Of a stretch of DNA of 41,438 nucleotides, positions 10,374-22,160 are shown in pieces. The position numbers were made by a program, and so were the translations under genes. Each line of letters starts with the position of its first letter. Positions within the stretch are counted from its first letter, which is position 1. The DNA is taken from positions 185,953 to 227,390 of the forward strand of contig NW_005201851.1 in NCBI RefSeq assembly GCF_000372725.1, given 5' to 3'. The DNA is from Emiliania huxleyi CCMP1516. Taxonomy: Eukaryota. The notes beneath the pieces were generated by a model. The model made no database searches. It saw only the letters and a list, made by a program, of their open reading frames with translations, and was not told the origin of the DNA.

Positions 10374-12714
10374 ATGCCGCTGGCACCGCGCACCGAAGCG
10401 CTCACGGCGTCCGAGCCGGTCTGGGCGGCATCCGAGCCTCAAGGGTCAGCAGTTGCAACGGAGGCGGAGGGCTTGCGCTTGCACCTCTCGAGCAGCAGCA
10501 GCACCGGCTACTTAGGCGTGTGGCGGTACTGCTTCGGCCGATTCCAGGCGAAGCAAAGGGTGGATAGAAGGCTGGTTCACCTCGGAACCTTCGACACGGC
10601 GGTAGAGGCGGCGGTGGCCTATGCGCGGGCCGTCGGCGAGTACCAGCCTCCTACAGTGGCGACAGAGGCGGAGGGCTTGCGCTTGCACCTCTCGAGCAGC
10701 AGCAGCACCGGGTACAAGAATGTGGTCAAGTACCCCTCCACTGGCCGCTTCCAGGCACGGCATACGGTGGACGGAAGGCAGGTTGGCCTTGGATTCTTCG
10801 ACACAGCGGTGGAGGCGGCGGTGGCGTATGCGCGGTCGGTCGGCGAGGCGGCGGCGGCGGCGGCAGGAGAAGGGCCATCGGCAGCGGCGGCGGGCGAGGC
10901 GTCCGACTCGGGTGAGGGCGAGCCAGGCGGCGCTGGCGGCGAGGCTGCAGCGGGCAGCAGCGAGGAGGAGGCGGCCTCCTGCCTCTGGGTCGCTTGCGAC
11001 CGTTGCGACAAGTGGCGGCGGCTGCCTAGCGGCATGCCCGGCCAGCTGCCTGTCGAGTGGTTCTGCTGGATGCACCCGGACCCGGCGTGCCGGGTGTGCG
11101 AGGCGCCGGAGGGGGAACTTGGGCTGGGGCGGGCGCCGGCTGAGTGCCGAACGGCAGCGGTGGTGGCGGAGGCGGAGGGCTTGCGCTTACACCTCTCTAA
11201 CAACAGCACCGGGTACAAGGGCGTGTTCAAGCAGGCCTCTGGCCGCTTCCAGGCGAGGCACACTTTGGGTGGAAAAGATGTCGGCCTCGGCACCTTTGGC
11301 ACGGCGGTGGAGGCGGCGGTGGCCTATGCGCGGGCGGTCGGCGAGTACCAGCCTCCAGCAGTGGCCACGGAGGCGGAGGGCTTGCGCTTGCACCTCTCCA
11401 GCAGCAACAGCACCGGGTACAAGAATGTGGTCAAGGAGTCCTCTGACCGCTTCGGGGCGAAGCACATGGTGGGCGGCAGGAGTGTCTACATCGGCGCCTT
11501 CGGCACAGCAGTGGAGGCGGCGGTGGCGTACGCGCGGACAGTTGGCGAGGCGGCGGCGGCGGCGGCAGGAGAGGCAGGGCCGTCGGCAGCGGCGGCGGAC
11601 GAGGCGTCCGACTCGGACGAGGGCGCGCCAGGCGGCGCTGGCGGCGAGGCTGCAGCCGCAGAGAGCAGCAGCGAGGAGGAGGAGGCCGCCTCGCCGCCCC
11701 TCCGCGCTCCGAGCTGCAAGACGCTCGGCTGCAACTTCCGCCTCTGGCACGAGGGGCCCTGCAGCACCGCCGTCACAGGCAAGCGGGCGCGGGTTCTCAC
11801 CGACAAGGCGCGGGACGCGAAGCGAGGCAAGGGCGCGGGCGGGCGGCGCGTCGGCGGCGGTGGCGGCGGCAGCAGCGGCGGCAGCAGCGGCGGCGGTGGC
11901 GGCTCCAGCGGTGGAGGCGGCGGCGGTGACGACGGCGGCGATGACGGCGCGTTGCCACTCTCCTCCTCGAGCGACGCTGCAGTCGCGACCAGCAGCAGCG
12001 CGGGGAAGGTCGAGCCGTATGATGGCTCGTACGAGTGCCTGTTCTGCGGCTCCTCGGTTCGCCGCTCCGCTGCGCTGAAGTGCACGTCGTGCTCTGCACC
12101 CCCATACCACCTCGCGTGTGCGCAGCGGAGTGAGGGCGAGAAGTGGGTGACGACATGCCCGCAGTGCGAGAAGCCTTCGGTGCGGCCGTGGGGGCGGGTT
12201 GCACGTGCGGCCGCCGCGGCGAAGGAGGGAGAGGACGAGGTGGAGGCCGAGGTGGAGGAGGTGGCGCCGCCGCCTCAAAGCTCCGCCGCCGCCGCTCCTT
12301 CGCTCGCAGGCGGCGACGTGCAGATCTCCGCCGCATCAGGCGCTCCCAAGCCGCCCCCGTCATGAATGCTGTTAGATGCACTCTCACTGCCTCCCTTGCT
12401 TGCGCCGCACAGGCCTGCTGCCCGAGCACTTGCCGCACCAGCGGGCGCTCTGCCCTCTCCACCCCTTCCATGCGGCCGAGAGGCCGGTCGCAGCGCCGGT
12501 CGATGGCAATGAGGCGGCCTGCCCCAACTGCTACTGCTTCGCGTGCGACGCGCCCGTGTCCGCGTGCCGCCACTGGCGGGGCGGCGAGCCGAGGGTGCCG
12601 GCGCACTGCAACGCGCACGCCGGCAGCGCCGAGTGGCGCACGCTGCGCTCCAACGCCAAGCGGCAGCGCACGCGGGCGGCGCGGGCGGCGCGGGACCCGC
12701 TCGGGCTGGGCTGA
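10374..12714 (+). CDS. AP2-repeat protein with zf-CW, PHD/RING-like finger and C-terminal Cys/His-rich domain
   Basis: Four AP2-like units ([16 protein letters not shown]...GRFQA...[14 protein letters not shown]). zf-[16 protein letters not shown]...WFC...C. PHD-like: CLFC...CTSC...YHLAC...CPQC. A GC-AG intron at 12340-12412 joins in frame to LPHQRALC...[10 protein letters not shown]...C..W...HCNAH. Start (ATG 10374) is uncertain. Confidence 0.85.
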
Positions 12715-12823
12715 GAAGCCGAACGGTACTTTACTATGTGGTACACTCCGACACCACAGGAGTACGCAGCACGGCAGCAGTAGCCAGTACACGTGAGGTA
12801 CGTCTTTTGCGAGATTTTGTCTC

Positions 12824-15255
12824 TCAGTACTCAGATTTTCTCTTCTCAACACATAAAAATCCCCTGATTGCCATTGGCGCTGGCATCGCCATGCGTGACT
12901 CAGTCAGCATTCTCTCTGACAGCGGGCGCGCAAGCCGCCGCACCGCCCGCCGCATCGCCCACCGCATCGCGCAGCAGTCGAGCGGCCGCCTCCGCGTCGC
13001 ACACCCAAACCGGGCCCGCCTGGCGCGGCGCCATGCAACGACTGAGTACGTATTAGAGAGTGAGCTACTCGCGTGGACAGACCGGGCAGTGCTGGCCAGC
13101 ATCAGAGCACTCGGCAAGGTCTGATTAAGACTAATCACGCCGAATCAAGACTACTGAAGGCCCGCCTGGCGCAGCTCCTCGGCAAAGGACTCGGTGTAGC
13201 CGAGCGTGTACAGCAGCAAGCCTACGAGGTATTCTGAAACCAGTCACTCGATAATTCATTACAGGATCGAGTGCGGGCAGCAGCAGCAGCAAGCCTGGGC
13301 CCCAGTCCGTGCAGTACCGCTCCACCTGACCTCAACTTAGTATTAATTAGTACTGATTAGCCTCGATTAGTCTCAACGAGTCCGTGCAGTACCGCTCCAC
13401 CTGACCTCTCACCCGCGCGCTGTCGCCCCGCCCAAAGGAATGCTTCACGTCCACCCACCTACGGCTCATAGTCGCGGGAGTGATTCTTTATTTCCCTCCC
13501 CCCCCGGCCAAAGGAGTGCGCCACGCCAACTCACCGCAATCCAGACGCACCAGCCGCCGCCGCCGCCGCCGCCGCCGCACCCGCAGCGCCGCCCGCCGCC
13601 TGCGTCGCCTCCCCCGCCGCCTCCCCGCCCGCTCCAAAGCCGTCGACGATGAAGTCGGGCGTGCTCGTGCGGCGCTGCAGCGCGTCCTCGCGCCGCCCGC
13701 GCACTCCTAGCGGCGTGCGGCGGTCATCAGCCGAGGTGCGCCGAGATTGGGCGAGATTGGGCGAGATTGGGCGAGAATGCAGCGGAGCGAATCGGCGCAC
13801 GACCCGCATCTCGGCTGCATCTCCGCTGCATCTCGGCTGTATCTCGGCTGCATCTCCGCTGCATCTCGGCTGTATCTCGGCTGCATCTCCGCTGCATCTC
13901 GGCTGTATCTCGGCTGCATCTCGCCACGCACCCGCGACGCGCAGCCGCCGCACGACCAGCCGCTCGACTGCGCGGCTCCGCCTCTGCGCCTACACCTCGG
14001 CAAGACCTCGGCCGTGTCTCCGCCGTATCTCCGCCGTATCTCGGCTGTATCTCGGCTGTATCTCGGCTGTCTCGCGGCTTTCTCTCGGCTGTGTCTCGGC
14101 TGTCTCTCGGCTCTACCTCGGCTGTACCTCGGCTGTACCTCGGCTGTATCTCGGCTGCACCTCGCGGCTACCTCTCGGCCACCTCGGTCGTATCTCGGCT
14201 GCATCTCGCGCCTCGTGCTTCCTCGCGGCGCCCTGCAGGTCGTTCTCACACGCCCACGCCGCCGCGGGAAGGAAGAGGCCTCCGCCGCCGCCCTGCAGCC
14301 GCCGGAAGGCCGTCTGCACCGCAACGCGCGGGTGGCGCCGCAGCCGCCGCAGCCGCGCCGAGCGCAGCACGGACGACGGCGTGAGGGTCTGATTGGAGTG
14401 GCGCTGCAGGGTGGCCCGCCGCCTGGCGGGAGAGTTGACGCTTCTTCTCATCCGTTGTTGTCCTCCAGGTGCAGCCGAGGTGCGGCCGAGGTGCAGCTGA
14501 GGTGCAGCCGAGATCAGTTCATCTGTGGTGCGCCTCCCCAGATCTCCCCATATCTCGAGGTCAGCTCACCTGTCATGCGCCTCGATGATCGCCTCGACGA
14601 GGGCGGCAGAGAGGCGCGGGGAGAGGCGGCCCTCGCGGGAGACCATGCGGCGCAGCACCGCCAGCGGCGGCGCGCCGCACGCCGCAGCAACCTCAGGCAG
14701 GCAGGGCCACGCGCACTCTCGCCCGTCGGAGATTGAACCTCGGCCGTTGGAGATTGCGTGCGAGATTGCGCCGTCGAGCCGAGGCTCAGCGGCCGCCTGG
14801 CGCTCGCGGTAGAGGCCGTTGCGCAGACCGAGGCCCTGCGCCCGACTCGCGCCGACGGCGGCCAGCGCGGCGACGAACGCCGCCTCGTCCGCCGGCTGCA
14901 GCGGAGCAAAGGTGAAGTGCGAGTCGACGACCGAGAGCCACGTGGCCTCGTCGGATGCGGAGAGGCCGGTGCGGTAGGCGTGGGGCTGCGGTGGCAGAGG
15001 CACGCGGCCGTACAACGCGGAGCGAGTGCGCGCGTGGAGGATCGAGGCGACGCGGCCATCGGCGAGCACTCGGCCGCCGACCGCCTTTCGCGCGGCGGAG
15101 ATCTCGCCCCGCGTCTCGAGGCGTCTCTTTCCGGGCTGCTTCGGTCCGGCGCGCATCACGACGTGGGCGGATGAACGTGCGGTGGCCGGAGTGGCGGCGG
15201 CATGCGCCGCGCAGGCGAGCAGGCAGCCAAGCGGCGCGATGGCCGGGGCGCGCAT
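12824..15255 (-). CDS. CDIN1: CDIN1/C15orf41-like (TPD domain) PD-(D/E)XK nuclease with bipartite targeting-like presequence
   Basis: Exons: 15255-14570, 14422-14212, 13989-13932, 13706-13535, 13458-13401, 13325-13295, 13221-13166, 13120 onward (3' end uncertain). Spliced motifs E.LV...L...GV....EDAL....STPDFIV ... WVDVKHSFG ... QVERYCTDWGPGLLLYTLGY match the TPD / WIESK.FG / Q..Y...FGPG.VIY pattern. Confidence 0.75.
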
Positions 15256-15392
15256 TACGGTTGACTAGGAAAAAAGAAATCCAACGGGGCATTTCGCGGA
15301 AAAATGTGAAAAATGAAAAATCAAAAACAAAAACTGTAACTAGCAAGGCTCTTCACAGTCTCCTCGGCGCACAACAGTTTCTACAATGTTCA

Positions 15393-15926
15393 TACATATC
15401 ATCTCTCATTGATTCAACCGCGCTGCACACCGAGCTGACCGAGGCGCCATGCAACCTCTGCGGGACGGGAGTGGGCTGTGAGCAGGAGGGAAGGAGCCAC
15501 GCCTGAGCCGTCGGCCTATCCTCGGTCTCCTGAGCACTGTCTGTAGTGGCTGGAGGTCGGGGCAGCACACAGCGGTGAGTGAGGAGAGGTCCTCACAGAC
15601 AGAGGTCCTCACTGACAGCATCCAAGAACCGCGCTGCTCCGAGGTCTGACCAAGCAAGGCGCATGCGGATGGGAGCAGGAGGGAAGGAGCCACGTCTACC
15701 GTCGGCCTACCCTCGGTCTGAGCACTGTCTGTAGTGGTCCGGGCAGCCACACAGTGGGGAGTGACAAGAGGGTCCTCACGGAGAGGTCCTCACGGAACAT
15801 ATCTGAGGTCCTCATGGACGCAGCATGTGCCCCGCATCGCGAGGATGAGCTCCGTCTGTACGATGCCCTGACCGTTGTTTGAGAGAGAGATGCTCTGACT
15901 CGCCCAACCAAGCAAGAGGTGCACTG
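15393..15926 (+). repeat. Dispersed repeat with GAGGTCCTCA motifs (copy 1, internally duplicated)
   Basis: Shares blocks with 17352-17920, e.g. GTAGTGGCTGGAGGTCGGGGCAGCACACAG and CGCATCGCGAGGATGAGCTCCG. Confidence 0.75.
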
Positions 15927-17351
15927 TTGAGTTCGATTGATTGTTCACCAACGAGAGAGAGAGAGATATCAACCACATTGACTGATGAATTTACAGAGGT
16001 ATGAAGGTGCATGGACAGGCTCACCGTGAATCGTCTTACACTTCCTACGATGTATCGATCTCTTATATATCCAACCGCGGGCTCGCCTCTGGAAACAACA
16101 CCGAGGTCTGTGACAGAGGTCACAACTGTGTGACGAACAAGGTGGATATCGAGCGTGCTCTCGAACGCATCGTCCTATTCGCAGCGGTGCTTTTGAGCGC
16201 GCCACCCGCAGCTGCCGCCGCCGCCGCCTCCCACCCTCCGTGCTCCGACGTGATATCATGTTTGTGCCTTGTCTTACCACATATGTCGACAGAGGCACAG
16301 TGATCCAATCTTGTGAAATGTCCTCTGATATCAGCCGATATCGTTATGCGTCTCTCTCTGTCGTCTCTCTCTCTCTCTACGGCTTTGGTCTCCTGCGGGG
16401 CGGGCTGCCTCGCCCTCGCCGCCGCCGCTCTCGGCTGCGAGAAGCGGATGGCGCGCGTTTGGATGCCGCCCGCCCTCGCCGCATGCGTCGCCGCCCTCGG
16501 CCTCGCGCTGACTGCCCTCGAGCTGCGCCGTCGCGCCGCCGCACGCAGCGAGCGACGACATGGGGCAAGGCAGATCCTCGAGCCGACCGCAGCCGCCGCC
16601 CGCACGGCGGAAATAGACGAGGGGGCGGGCGACCAGGGCGGGAGGACGGCGGAGGTTGAGAGTTGCGAGCGTAGAGCGAGGGTCGGAGCGCTCTCTCTAC
16701 CAAACAGCAAATCGGATACCCGCTGGGGAGGTCTTCTGGCTCCGATCGGATGGCTCCACCGCCCAGCATCTGAGACCTCTACCCCTACTACCCAACACCA
16801 ACCATTCTGGTCTCGAGATTCTCTCTTGGTACGGCTTTGAGGAGTGGAACACGTAGACGGAGCTTAATGGAGGCAAATGTACACACAAACCCGGAAGGAG
16901 CTCTCTCATCTAGTGCGTCGACTGATCTCTCTCTCTCTCCGCTAGTCCCCAAGATGGCCAAAAATTAAAAAATGCTGGGCTGGGCTGCCGCCCGCCCGCC
17001 CGCCCGCGCCCGCCCGCCCGCGCCCGCGCAGCGAAAGCCCGGGTGTGTCCCCGAAAAATGTGCGGGTGCCGGAGTGAGAGGCCTTCTCCTCACCACATTC
17101 CCCGCGCCGTGTTGCCTTCTTGGGCCGTCACGACATCTCGGCGGCCTCCTCGACCATCGGAAGGGGGGTGGAGGTCATTGGAACCGCCGTGGTCATTTGC
17201 GTCATCGCATATCCACGTTTCGACGCAAGAGGCGAGCCCGCCACCTAGCCGAACGTCTTTTTGGATCAAAAAATGGCGACACGATAATACGACCAGACAG
17301 AGAGAAGTTGCTGTTGCCCATCCTGCACCATCGAGTCACGCACCCCAAATC

Positions 17352-17920
17352 ATCATATCTTCTCTCATACAGCCAACATTTCCAGCGCTGCACACACCAA
17401 TACGGAGGAGGTCTGACCGAGGGACGGTGGAGTGGCTAGCTAGGGAAGTGGACAGTGGAGGTGGAGCAGGAGCGGGAAGGAGCTCCCTCGCGGTCTGCGA
17501 GCACAGTCTGAAGTGTAGTGGCTGGAGGTCGGGGCAGCACACAGTGCTGAGTCAGAAGAGGTCCTCACGGAGATCGAGGTCCTCATACGGATCTGAGGTC
17601 CTCACTCGAACGAGAGGTCCTCATGAACACATGCGCCGCATCGCGAGGATGAGCTCCGCCCGTACGATGCCCCTCGAGCGTGGCTGACTCGTGTCCGAAG
17701 CGGTGCACCTTCTTTTGGAATTAGTTTTTGATTGATTGATTTCCACTTCAAATTTAGTGGATACTGATTAGTTGAATGCAAGACGTTTGATATAGTGTAG
17801 GTATCGAGAGGTCCTCACAGCACGTGCGCAGCATCGCGAGGATGAGCTCCGTCTGTGTGTGATGCCCCTCGAGCGTGGCTGTCGAGAGAGACGCTCTGAC
17901 TCGCGTCCCAGGCTATGCAC
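17352..17920 (+). repeat. Dispersed repeat with GAGGTCCTCA motifs (copy 2)
   Basis: Homologous to 15393-15926. Five GAGGTCCTCA motifs. Confidence 0.75.
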
Positions 17921-18521
17921 TTTCTTTTTGAAATATTAATTATATATTTGAAGGATGGTTCAAATTAATTAAGTCGGACTGTAATTGATTGATTTATTTC
18001 ATGCATGACGTTTGGGAATGCCTTTTTTTAGGTGCGCCGTTCTCGTTGAACCATTGGAGTGCAGTCGCCAATGAGCTTCTACGTAACGATCGATCGGAGT
18101 GGCCTCACGGACTCGGCGCCGCTGCTCGGCGCTCTTCTGCTGGTTTGGCGATCCAGCGCTGCTCGTCCAGAGACAGAGGCTGCCTCCACTCATGAGCTGC
18201 TCAGGCCTGGTCAAGGCCACCCACCGGCATGGATCTGGTGTCAAGGCCACCCACCGGGAGCGCGGATGCACACCAGATCCTTCGCGCTGCTGCGCACTGA
18301 GCTGCGTTCTGGGCTTGGGCGCTGGGGGCCTGGGGTGGATGCATTCGCCCACCGGCAGCTCGCCGGTGCGATGACAAGGCCTGAGCTAGAGTTTGAAATC
18401 CAATTCAAATACCGACACGCCCTCCGCCGCTGTGCATGAGTAGAGTCGTCCCCCGAAGCCCCGACACTTGCCCAAGCATCGGAAGACGGAAGGCCGGGGC
18501 ACGCCGCGCGCAACCAGGCTC

Positions 18522-20882
18522 TCACGCTGAGCACCCGAGCGAGGGCCACGGCAGGCTCGCGGCGCCCAGCGGTGTGCTGCGGCGCCGGGCGACGAGGTTC
18601 GTCGAGTGCGTCGCAAAGTCGATGTCGTACGCGAGCTGCATCTTCGGCCGCCGCTCGCCGCCCGCTGCAGCGGCGGCGGCGGTGGCGGCGGTGGGGAAGC
18701 TTGGCAGCCGAGCCCAAGGGCCGGCCGCCTGCTGCCAGCTGTCGGGCGGCGGCAGCTCGGCGTCGACGAGCTGGTTGGGCACCTGCTTAAACTCGTACCC
18801 GAGCGAGGAGAGGCGCGAGAGCATCTTGACGGCGGCGCACGTCTGCTCCGCGTCCTTGCGCGTGCGGGAGAGCTCCAGCTGCAGGTTGGGCACCTGCCGA
18901 GACACAGGGCCGAGAGGCTAGACGAGATCAGCCGAGATTAGCCGAGATTAGATGTGCTCCAGCTGCAGGTTGGGCACCTCGCGTGTCGCGAGCAGCGTCT
19001 GCGCCGTCTGCATCACCTGCGGCTCGTAGCCCTCGACATCGGCCTTGAGCAAGCACACGTCGCGCCCGCGCAAAACGTCGTCAATCCGCACGGCGCCCGC
19101 GCTCACGGTGGCGGCCTTTGCGTTGTAGTCCGACTTGAGGATGCCTCGCGCCCCATTCATCCCCGTCATGCCCAGCTTCTTCTTGTGCATCCCGCCCGGG
19201 AGCGGGACACGCAGCGTGTAGTTGCCTGGCGTGTCGTAGACGACGTTGCCGTAGAGCTCCACCAATAGGGTTTGTGGAGCGTCCAGAGAAACCTTTGTTA
19301 CGTAATATCTCGGGACCGCGGACGCCATTCTGAACCAGACTAGATTTGAGAGCGGCACAATTGAAAGATCTAGATCTACTACTAATTAAGCCAGGGGTGG
19401 GGAGCTGGGCTTCTCAAATGGTGAAGGGTTAAATAGCTGCATTTTGACCAGAAGCCTTCTGGACACCTTCTGGACACCTTCTGGACATCTTCTGGACACC
19501 TTCTGGACATCTTCTGGACACCTTCTGGACATTCTGGACGTTCTGTACAACTCCCCTCCCCTTCAGACTCTTACTGAATATGTGATTTTTACATCTAAAG
19601 GCGGTGCACAACAACAAACATGCAAAAAACTGCACCCTCACCCTCCGGGCACGCGCTTGCTGCCCGACACCCGCTCCGCCTCACCGGGTCCACCCGGGCT
19701 GCTCAGCCCGCTTGCTCGTCACCGGCGAACTGGTTGCGGCGGTGGTGCCGCCGGGGTGATTGGCGGCATTCCCGACCACCAGGACCTGCATCTGCCTCGC
19801 GCGCTTGCCTGGCTGGTTTTGCCGGCCCAGCCCACCCACGACGGACGCGACGCGAGAATGTCAGAAGGGGGGGGGGGGGACTTGCGGTTCGCGCCAGAAT
19901 GCCCAGAATGTCCAGAAGGTGTTTAGCAAGCTTTAGCAATGTCCAGAATGTCCAGAAGGTGCTTTAGCAAGCTTTAGCAAATGTCCAGAATGTCCAGAAG
20001 GCCCGCAGGCCTTCATCAGCAAACCACAATGTCTCCTTTTCATTGCCCATGAGCCACTGACTGACCGGGTTGCTCACTCACTCGGTGGAGGCGACTCTTT
20101 GAGACACGTGTGACCTACGGCTTTACCTGACTGAGTGAGACCTTCTACAACACCTGAGGCCTTCTGCACACCTGCAAAGGACTCTCTAGACGTTCCCACA
20201 TTCTTTTCCAACCTTCTGGACACCTTCTGGACATCTTCTGGACACCTTCTGGACATCTTCTGGACACCTTCTGGACCTTCTGGACATCTCTGGACGCTCC
20301 ACAAACCCTATTCACCCTCGCCGCGAAGCCCGGGTTGAGTGTCACGCCCAGCCGCAGAGCCTCTCGGAAGAGAGGCACCGGCTCGAAGACGACCACCCTG
20401 CAGCCGAGCGCGAGGCTGTACAGCGTGTACCACCCAAAGTTGCCGCCGACGTCGACGACGAGCCCGCCGCTGCCGCAGCAGCGCCAGGTGGCCTCATGCC
20501 ACGCGTGCGTCAGGAGCGGCTCGAGCACGAGCTGCTCCCGCATCCGCTTCATGTCGGCGTCGGCCGGGTTGTAAGCGAACGTGAAGGGCGGGTCGGTGCG
20601 CGTGGTGACCGTCTCGAGCGTCTGCCCCGAAGGTGCCTTCCACAGGTTGCGCGGCTTTGCGCAGGCGAGGCAGAGGGCGCACTCGCACCGACCGCACAGC
20701 GCCGCCTTGTAGCTAACGTTGCGACTCGCTCGCCGCAGCTCGCGCTTGTGCATGCACAAGAGCGAGTCACACGAGGGCGCGGCGCCGCCGCAGCTGCGAG
20801 GCGTGTAGATGAGCGGGAGCGGCGGCCGCTGCAGCTGATAGCCCGGCACGTCAGCTACCGTCGGAGGGATGCGGAGCGCCAT
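18522..20882 (-). CDS. FkbM-family SAM methyltransferase, interrupted by a DNA transposon (possible pseudogene)
   Basis: Motifs VVDVGGNFGWYTL, VVVFEPVP, VRIDDVL and LLKADVEGYEPQV. Removing 19264-20312 plus one TSD restores ...GFAARVELYGNVV. Intron 18977-18894. Confidence 0.85.
19264..20312. mobile_element. Non-autonomous TIR DNA transposon, 1049 bp, 4-bp TSD
   Basis: Perfect 26-bp TIRs AATAGGGTTTGTGGAGCGTCCAGAGA (19264-19289; 20287-20312). TSD CACC at 19260-19263 and 20313-20316. Internal TTCTGGACA arrays occur in both orientations. Confidence 0.95.
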
Positions 20883-21050
20883 CTGATCTCTTTCCACCGC
20901 GAGAGCACAGCGGCTCGCCAAGAGCACAGCGGCTCGAGTGAGAGCACAGCGGCTCGCCAAGAGCACCGCGAGAGCACAGCGGCTTGCACAACAGCACACC
21001 TCGAGTGAGACGCGCGGAAAAACAAACTTCGCGCCTGCGAACGCGCACCC

Positions 21051-21173
21051 CCCCTATGGGTCAGGGCTCTCTAGCCCGTAGCCCGATGCCGATCATCCGG
21101 CCCGCTGGGTGCGCTTCGTAGCTCCCCGGCCCTGGATGTGAGGTTGATGACTGCACTCCAAGTGCTCCAAGTG
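21051..21173 (-). repeat. ~125-bp dispersed repeat 'X' (second copy 9964-10237, split by a retrotransposon)
   Basis: Shared ACTTGGAGCACTTGGAGTGCAGTCAT...CACATCCAGGG...CCCAGCGGGCCGGATGATCG...GAGAGCCCT. Confidence 0.8.
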
Positions 21174-21190
21174 CTCTCAGGATTTTTACG

Positions 21191-22160
21191 AGAGAGAGAT
21201 TTTTAGCAATACCAAACCACTCTAACACTCACACGTCATTTGGAGGCCTGTTCACGCGCGCGCGAGACGTGCAGACAGGGTTGCCAGGTGAGAGCGAATG
21301 GCGCGGTTCACGCCTCGCACAACAGAGAGAGAGATGCGCTCTGCATGGTGGGACATAAAAGAGAGCGAGTACTTGGGCGAGTAGGCTGTGCGGTCAACGC
21401 TGCCGCGCGCGACTTTGCGCGCGAGGCGGCGCAGCTTGAGAACGGCGGTGGGCGAGAAGCCGCCGCCGAACGTCTCGTGGAGCAGCAGGTTGAAGTTGTT
21501 GCGCTTGACAAAGATCGCGTCGTGGTAGAAACCGCGATGCGCCCTGACGTAGCCGTGGCCGGTCTTGTGGTCGAAGGGTTGGCCGGGCTGCCCGCGCGCC
21601 TTGCAGCCCATGTTTAGGCGGCGGGCCTTCTCTTCGGTGTTGCCGAAGGCGTAGGAGTGGCCAACGGAGGCGGGCGTGCCGCCGCTCGAGGCGTTGCCAA
21701 CGCCCGCCGAGGAGGTCTTGAGGAGGGGCGTCCAGAGCTTGATTTCATTCACTTCATCGCACCCCCCCGGTCCCGCATGGGGTTCTGCGAGGTCAGTCTT
21801 GTACCCCTCGTTGTACTGCCGGGTGAGCTCTGGTTTCTCCTTGTCGCCGTGCACGACCGGCGCGTTGGCCGGGGCGCGCATCGCGTCCGCCCAGGCGGCG
21901 AGGACGCCGTCGTGGGGCCGCCGGTGGTGGGCCTTGTTGTAAAGGTAGTCGCCGAAGAAATCGACTGGCATGCCCCGCTCGCGACCCGAAGGGTGGGAAG
22001 CGCCGCGGAGAGCCAAAGGCCGAGCTTCCGCTGGAGCTCGTCCTGGAGGGTGTCGGAGGAGAGGGCAGTGGCGTACCACGTACGAACCGTCGACACGGAC
22101 ATCGAAGGCCTTGCCGGCGAAAGGCGTTGAGGCGGAGACGAAGCGCGAGGCTGTTGTTTG
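21191..22160 (-). mobile_element. 5'-truncated non-LTR retrotransposon with restriction-like endonuclease (CRE/R2-type), frameshifted
   Basis: Translation across two frameshifts gives ASRFVSASTPFAG...LSSDTLQDELQRKLGLWL...DFFGD...HHRRPHD...LLLHETFGGGFSPTAVLKLRRLA...ERISLSVVRG, typical of RLE C-termini. Stop at 21252, (TC)n tail, and 8-bp TSD (TTTTTACG on + at 21183-21190 and 22161-22168). Confidence 0.8.

Noticed and set aside
12891..13339. Plus-strand multi-exon gene (MRDSVSIL...)
   Set aside because: It is the antisense shadow of the CDIN1-like exons, which carry the conserved motifs.
16001..16840. Small hydrophobic ORFs
   Set aside because: Ala/Leu-rich GC sequence without recognisable motifs; a gene cannot be supported.
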